Assembly (NCBI GenBank): GCA_964464115.1
Contig: CAYXEW010000036.1
Location: 1-22,625, forward strand
From: an uncultured Verrucomicrobiota bacterium
Lineage (GTDB): Bacteria > Verrucomicrobiota > Kiritimatiellia > CAYTQP01 > CAYXEW01
DNA length: 22,625 bases
Direction: 5' to 3'
Position 1 is the stretch's first letter; each line of letters begins with the position of its first letter. Below the pieces are notes generated by a model. It was not told where the DNA came from and did no database searches. It worked only from the letters and a program-made list of their open reading frames with translations. The position numbers were made by a program, and so were the translations under genes. Positions 17,865-22,625 of the stretch are shown here, piece after piece.

Positions 17865-18731
17865 ATGTTAGATGGAGTATATACCGCGTTGGTAACACCG
17901 TTTGATAAAAACGGCGCCGTTGATTTTGAAAAACTGAGAGAATTGGTCGCCATCCAGTTGGATGCCGGCGTCGACGGCATTGTGCCCGTCGGCACGACCG
18001 GGGAATCGCCCACGCTGAATATGGATGAGCATGAAAAGGTGATTAAAACGGTGGTCGAGGCCGTTGATGGCCGCGGCAAAGTGATTGCGGGCACCGGTGG
18101 AAACGCCACCGCCGAGGCCATCGAATTAACGCAATTTGCCCGTGATTGCGGTGTGGATGCAACGCTACAGGTAACACCGTATTACAATAAGCCTTCGCAG
18201 GAAGGCCTGCGGAGACATTTTGAGGCCGTCGCCGATATCGGGCTGCCGGTGGTACTGTACAACGTTCCGGGCCGTTCAAGTCTGGCGATTGACGTCGAAA
18301 CAGTCGCCGCACTAGCCCGCCATCCGCACATTGTCGCCATCAAAGAGGCGGGCGGATCAGTCGATCGCGTTAGTGCCATTACGAGCTGTTGTGACTTGGA
18401 AGTGCTTTCGGGGGATGATGCCCTGACCTTTCCGATGATGGCAGTCGGTGCGGTCGGTGTCGTCAGCGTTGCCGCCAACATCATTCCCGGAAAAATGGTC
18501 GATCTGGTGCACGCCGTCCTCAAAGGCAACTGGATGGATGCAGCTGTTTTACACAAGCTGTATTATCCCTTGTTCCGCGCCATGTTCCTGGATACCAATC
18601 CGGTGCCCGTGAAGGCGGCCCTTTCTATGATGGGGCAAATCGAAGAGGTCTATCGCCTGCCGCTTTGCGCAATGAATGCTGACGCCCGGGCCCGCTTACA
18701 CGAAACACTGAAGAGCTTCGATTTACTATAA
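17865..18731 (+). CDS. dapA: 4-hydroxy-tetrahydrodipicolinate synthase
   Basis: 'TALVTPF', 'VPVGTTGESPTL', 'YNVPGRS' and 'VAIKEA' (Schiff-base Lys) motifs. Length is 288 aa. Confidence 0.92.
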   Translation: MLDGVYTALVTPFDKNGAVDFEKLRELVAIQLDAGVDGIVPVGTTGESPTLNMDEHEKVIKTVVEAVDGRGKVIAGTGGNATAEAIELTQFARDCGVDATLQVTPYYNKPSQEGLRRHFEAVADIGLPVVLYNVPGRSSLAIDVETVAALARHPHIVAIKEAGGSVDRVSAITSCCDLEVLSGDDALTFPMMAVGAVGVVSVAANIIPGKMVDLVHAVLKGNWMDAAVLHKLYYPLFRAMFLDTNPVPVKAALSMMGQIEEVYRLPLCAMNADARARLHETLKSFDLL

Positions 18732-18741
18732 GGAGTTGACC

Positions 18742-19557
18742 ATGAGTGACGGTATTACCATGATAGGCGCGGGCGGACGGATGGGCCAGACGATTATACG
18801 CGTATTGCTGGAAAAACGTATTGCGGGCCTTTCATTGTATGGCGCGCTGGATGTCGCCGAGAGCAAGTCGATCGGTAAAGATGCCGGTCTTTATGCCGGG
18901 GCTGAAAAAGCAGGTGTCGACATTACAGCCGACTTTGCCCAAGCGGTGGGCGGCGCTGCCGCCGCGATCGATTTCACCTTTCATACTGCGGCGGCCGAGC
19001 ACGCGCGAAAATGTGCCGAGGTCGGTACCGCACTGATCGTGGGGACCACGGGACTGACGGCCGATGAAGAGCTCAATATAGAAAAAGCGGCGCAGCGCAT
19101 ACCCGTCGTACTCGCTCCCAATATGAGTTTGGGCATGAATCTTCTGTTCAGCCTGGTGGAAAAGGCGGCCGCTGCCTTGAAGGGTAAAGGCTATGACATC
19201 GAAATTGTCGAACGGCATCACCGCCGCAAGAAAGATGCACCCAGTGGAACGGCTATCGGATTAGGTCAGGCGGCAGCGAGAGGGCTGCAGTGGGAGCTGG
19301 ATGAGGTGGCGGTCCACGGCCGCCACGGGATTACAGGCGAGCGCCCGGATGAGGAAATCGCCTTTCACGCCATACGGGGCGGTGACTTTGTAGGGGATCA
19401 CAATGTTATCTTTGCCGCCGAGGGCGAAAGTGTGGAGCTCTCGCATCGGGCCACCACGCGCGACACCTTTGCCTTTGGCGCATTACAGGCCGCCCGCTGG
19501 ATCGTCGATAAACAGCCCGGCCTATATACCATGCGGGATGTATTGAGCATAGATTGA
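18742..19557 (+). CDS. dapB: 4-hydroxy-tetrahydrodipicolinate reductase
   Basis: 'MIGAGGRMGQ' Rossmann motif and 'ERHHRRKKDAPSGTA' signature. AGGAG lies 6 nt upstream of the ATG at 18742; the ORF finder used a TTG at 18736. Confidence 0.9.
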   Translation: MSDGITMIGAGGRMGQTIIRVLLEKRIAGLSLYGALDVAESKSIGKDAGLYAGAEKAGVDITADFAQAVGGAAAAIDFTFHTAAAEHARKCAEVGTALIVGTTGLTADEELNIEKAAQRIPVVLAPNMSLGMNLLFSLVEKAAAALKGKGYDIEIVERHHRRKKDAPSGTAIGLGQAAARGLQWELDEVAVHGRHGITGERPDEEIAFHAIRGGDFVGDHNVIFAAEGESVELSHRATTRDTFAFGALQAARWIVDKQPGLYTMRDVLSID

Positions 19558-19569
19558 GGCGCTTGACCC

Positions 19570-20091
19570 ATGAAGATAGATGTCGCATTCAGCCTGGGCA
19601 GTAACAGTGGCGACCGGGTGCACCAGGTAACCGAGGCTCGAAACCGTCTCATTGCAACCCCCGGAGTTGAAGGGTTTGAGTATTCGGTACTCTATGAAAC
19701 TGAACCCGTCGGTGTGCGCGAGCAGTACCGGCATATTAATTTTATGAATGCCATCGTGCTGGTTCACACATCGGCCACCCCTCAATGCTGGATGGAACGG
19801 GCGCGGGAAATCGAGGCCCAGCTAGGCCGGGTGCGCGGCGAAGACCGCTATGCTCCGCGCACGATTGATATCGACCTGATTTATGCGGGAGCATACGCCT
19901 TGGATGGCGATTCCATGAAGGTGCCGCATCCCTGCTGGATGGATCGCCGCTTTGTCCTGCAACCCCTCGCCGATTTGCGCCCCGATCTGGTGTTGCCGGG
20001 CAGTGTGTTGAGCGTCTCGGAAGCGTTGGCTGCACTCCCTCCGGAACCGCGGATATGGCCCGCTGATCCGCAGTGGCCGAGTCCGGTTTAG
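19570..20091 (+). CDS. folK: 2-amino-4-hydroxy-6-hydroxymethyldihydropteridine pyrophosphokinase (HPPK)
   Basis: 'VAFSLGSNSGDRV' and 'RYAPRTIDIDLI' are HPPK motifs. Length is 173 aa. Confidence 0.88.
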   Translation: MKIDVAFSLGSNSGDRVHQVTEARNRLIATPGVEGFEYSVLYETEPVGVREQYRHINFMNAIVLVHTSATPQCWMERAREIEAQLGRVRGEDRYAPRTIDIDLIYAGAYALDGDSMKVPHPCWMDRRFVLQPLADLRPDLVLPGSVLSVSEALAALPPEPRIWPADPQWPSPV

Positions 20092-20115
20092 CGTTCGTGC
20101 AAAACAGGCGGGCGA

Positions 20116-20769
20116 TCAGGGAAGGGTGACGTCGCGGAAGTTCGCAGGCGTATCCCAGTTCATACCGTCCCCGGCCCACATCAACCGGCTTTCAACGGGT
20201 CCGCCGTCAGCATCATTCAGGCCGACATCAAAACGAAAAGTGCGCCGGGGCAGAAACTCCTGTTGAGCCAGCGAGTCGTACGGAAGGAAGAGGTTGACCT
20301 CGTATTCATTACCCGAGAGGATCCGGGTGGACACCTTCAGGCCGGGCAGTGATGTCTTTCCACTGCCCCTGTTATGGAACACATGATTGGGCAAGGTGGA
20401 GGAAAAGCCCGGTATGATAACCAGTTGCATAACACCCCGCTCATACACATCGCGGTACACCCGATGACGCAGTGGACGAAAGTCAAAATATACTTCCACC
20501 CCGTCGTTTTCCCAGCTGGTTTCAGAGTCGGCCCAGAACACATCGTCCACTACCCTCGCGGTAAAATGAAGGCCCTCTGCTGTGCGGTAGAGATGGCCTC
20601 GCAGGGAAGCATCGCCGGGGCCGTTCCACTTTTGGTTTCCACTGGTAAGCTGGCTGGATTGATGGATGGCCACGGCCACCTGCGGGCCGGAGTCCTCGGG
20701 GAGTGTAGCACAGCCCGCTGCAAAAAGGAGTACGGTTAGAAAAAGCCAAGCCGATAATCGATTCATCAT
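20116..20769 (-). CDS. lipoprotein with CBM9-like (DOMON-like) carbohydrate-binding domain
   Basis: Signal peptide plus lipobox 'LFLTVLLFAAGC'. 'LYRTAEGLHFTARVVDDVFW...NDGVEVYFD' and the C-terminal 'FRFDVGLNDAD...LMW' resemble the CBM9 pattern LYVAxxVxDD...DSVEIFID...GFDVAVND. The likely start is the MMNRLS ATG at 20769; the ORF finder extends to 20811. It lies 13 nt downstream of the sulfatase stop on the same strand. Confidence 0.55.
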   Translation of the reverse strand: MMNRLSAWLFLTVLLFAAGCATLPEDSGPQVAVAIHQSSQLTSGNQKWNGPGDASLRGHLYRTAEGLHFTARVVDDVFWADSETSWENDGVEVYFDFRPLRHRVYRDVYERGVMQLVIIPGFSSTLPNHVFHNRGSGKTSLPGLKVSTRILSGNEYEVNLFLPYDSLAQQEFLPRRTFRFDVGLNDADGGPVESRLMWAGDGMNWDTPANFRDVTLP

Positions 20770-20782
20770 ACCTACTCTTCTG

Positions 20783-22240
20783 TCAGGTCGTAATAATTGC
20801 AAAATCATCATGGGTTTCTTTCATCCATTCATCCAGATAGGTCCGGTGCTGCCTGATGATAGCAGCCATCGCCGGTTCAAAGGCCAGATTTACGGTCTCG
20901 CCGGGGTCGCTCTCCAGGTCAAAGAGCTCCTCTTTGACTTCCCCCATCGAATAGAGGTTGTACTTATAGCGCGCCGATCGAACCAGCCGGCCTTTCATTT
21001 GCTTGATGGCGGGATCCGGAGCCAGCTCTGTGACCACAAAATCCCGTCCCTTTGCTGCCGGGTTTTCAATGATGCCGCGCAGGCTCATACCCCGCATATG
21101 GGGCGGCCCCTCTATGCCCGCATAATCACAAAGCGTGGGCAGTACATCCAGACCCGAGACGATGTGCTGGGTATCGCGCACACCACAGGGAGTCTTTCCC
21201 GGCCAGGCGATAATCATGGGAACCGTAACCGATTCCTCGTAAAGGGAGAGTTTGGCGGCCCACCGGTGTGAAGCGACACCGTCACCGTGATCACTCGTGA
21301 AAACGACCAGCGTATCCTTTTCTATGACCGTTTCCTCCAGCGCATGGAGCAGTCGCCCGATTTCCCGGTCCACGCGTTCCGTCATGCGGTAATAATGGTA
21401 GATGTAGTTTCGCCACTCTTTTTCTCCCCACTCTGCGGTCAGAGAAATCTCTCTGCCGTAATGAGAGATGGTGCGCTTATGCTTGATGACATCCGGCTCA
21501 TGGGCGCTAATCTCAAAGTTGTCGGGCAGCGGCGGAGCACTGTTTATGTCCATCACCGGCGGGTAGGATGCCGGTTTGAAAGGGGCGTAACAGATGTCGT
21601 GCGGATTGTGATAGGAGACCGCGAGTAAAAATGGCTGCTTCGGTTGCGATTTGAAAAACTGGATGACTCTGTCCGTCAGGGGCGGGTCGGTGATGTCTCC
21701 GAGGTGCCAGGCAGGGGAGTCGGGCTCATGGAAAGGAAGCAGTTCAAAGCCGGGAATACGCTGTTGGTACCCCCCCGTCCCGCTGGTGGGATAACTCTTG
21801 GGCAGGTGCCACTTGCCGCCCCAGACCGTGCGGTACCCGGCCCGGCGGAAGACGTGCCCCATATTCTCAATGGATGGGTTCGGGCTCATGTCATTATAAT
21901 CGACACCCGTTTCGTGAGGCATACGGCCGGTAATCAGGCTGCTCCGTGACGGGCTGCAGACCGGCGACGTACAGTACGATCTTTCAAAACGCACCCCGAT
22001 GGCGGCCAGACTGTCCATGGCCGGCGTCTGAAGGTAAGGGTTGCCCATGGCACTCATGGCGTCGACGGTTTGCTGATCGGTGAACACAAACAGTATATTC
22101 GGTTTATCCCCTTTGTACGAAAGGTGGTAGGGGGGGGCAGAGGGTAGCGTTGTCGTGCATCCGCTAATGCCGGCAATGGCGGATCCCGCCGTAGCGGCGG
22201 CCCCCGCTTTGATGAAATCCCGTCTCGACCACTTGTTCAT
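20783..22240 (-). CDS. Cys-type sulfatase (formylglycine-dependent) with twin-arginine (Tat) signal peptide
   Basis: 'CTSPVCSPSRSSLITGR' is the sulfatase C-x-P-x-R signature. The N-terminus 'MNKWSRRDFIKAGAAATAGSAIAGISG' is a Tat motif (SRRxFIK). Metal-binding Asp residues occur in 'ILFVFTDQQ' and 'FTSDHGD'. The start is probably the ATG whose complement ends at 22240, with GGTGGA 8 nt upstream. In-frame alternatives exist at 22246 and 22297. Confidence 0.88.
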   Translation of the reverse strand: MNKWSRRDFIKAGAAATAGSAIAGISGCTTTLPSAPPYHLSYKGDKPNILFVFTDQQTVDAMSAMGNPYLQTPAMDSLAAIGVRFERSYCTSPVCSPSRSSLITGRMPHETGVDYNDMSPNPSIENMGHVFRRAGYRTVWGGKWHLPKSYPTSGTGGYQQRIPGFELLPFHEPDSPAWHLGDITDPPLTDRVIQFFKSQPKQPFLLAVSYHNPHDICYAPFKPASYPPVMDINSAPPLPDNFEISAHEPDVIKHKRTISHYGREISLTAEWGEKEWRNYIYHYYRMTERVDREIGRLLHALEETVIEKDTLVVFTSDHGDGVASHRWAAKLSLYEESVTVPMIIAWPGKTPCGVRDTQHIVSGLDVLPTLCDYAGIEGPPHMRGMSLRGIIENPAAKGRDFVVTELAPDPAIKQMKGRLVRSARYKYNLYSMGEVKEELFDLESDPGETVNLAFEPAMAAIIRQHRTYLDEWMKETHDDFAIITT

Positions 22241-22525
22241 AATCATCCACCGAATGTTTGTTATAAGCAAAGCCGCACTATATAGAGAGCCGTACATTTA
22301 ATAAATATAAACCGTCAGAAAAAATGGTTCCTCGTAGAATTTTGGAAGATGAAAAATAGTGACGGTTAATGCAAAGATCCATTGAAGCAGCAACTAAATG
22401 AATCAGGCATCCCGCTACTTCGCGGTGGAACCGATTTAACTATGTCCATATACGTTCATATACGGTTGAAAAATCTTTCTTATTTAGCCGCGAGAGAACG
22501 CAAAGGAAGAGGGATGACAAAATCA

Positions 22526-22625
22526 TGGATAGCATAATCATTATTTTTGATCAGGAGATGGCCTCGGCTGTTATGTGGAGGGTCGCGTTCCACCGCGACT
22601 TTTTTGAATGCGCTGTCAGAACCGA
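22526..22625 (+). CDS. possible 5' end of an ORF running off the window (MDSIIIIFDQEMASAVMWRVAFHRDFFECAVRT...)
   Basis: An ATG at 22526 is preceded by GGAAGAGGGA. The frame stays open to the window edge. Only 33 codons are visible and no recognisable motif is present. Confidence 0.2.

Noticed and set aside
17189-18121. 310-aa ORF antisense to lysA and dapA
   Set aside because: It spans the lysA/dapA junction on the opposite strand. It is Ser/Pro/Thr-rich low-complexity sequence typical of antisense frames in GC-rich DNA.
20666-21271. 201-aa + strand ORF across the lipoprotein/sulfatase junction
   Set aside because: It overlaps two well-supported - strand genes and has no start context or motifs.
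1-22625. Scanned intergenic regions for tRNA T-loop or cloverleaf signatures, CRISPR-like regular repeats, IS terminal inverted repeats, and integrase, transposase or phage genes
   Set aside because: None found. All intergenic spacers are shorter than 330 nt and lack GTTCRANYC-type T-loops, regularly spaced repeats or mobile-element coding content.

Overview
This window is a gene-dense, high-GC (roughly 55-60%) bacterial chromosomal segment that consists almost entirely of conserved housekeeping genes. Left to right, 5' to 3' on the + strand, it contains:
- a HAD-family hydrolase (- strand);
- gltX, pgsA and der, linked by small overlaps (+);
- a TrmJ-like SpoU methyltransferase and exodeoxyribonuclease III, which converge on der (-);
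- a phosphate-regulon block: phoB, phoR, a signal-peptide outer-membrane beta-barrel porin, then a stand-alone phoU;
- a long same-strand biosynthetic run, rplM, rpsI, argJ, argB, argD, argG, an SPFH/band-7 lipoprotein, lysA, dapA, dapB and folK, with gaps of 0-30 nt;
- at the 3' end, the only stretch that looks accessory: a CBM9-like lipoprotein and a Tat-signal Cys-type sulfatase (- strand), followed by an AT-rich non-coding region carrying inverted and tandem repeats.

I found no rRNA, tRNA, CRISPR array, transposase, integrase or phage genes. I also see no convincing novel multi-gene system. The points worth a second look are:
- the unusual Pho-locus architecture, with a porin in place of pstSCAB and a Pho-box-like promoter in front of it;
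- the SPFH protein translationally embedded in the arginine/lysine cluster;
- the sulfatase plus carbohydrate-binding lipoprotein pair;
- the repeat-structured AT-rich region at 22.3-22.6 kb.

The composition and the Tat-sulfatase content would fit a sulfatase-rich diderm such as a member of the PVC group, but that cannot be established without a database search.
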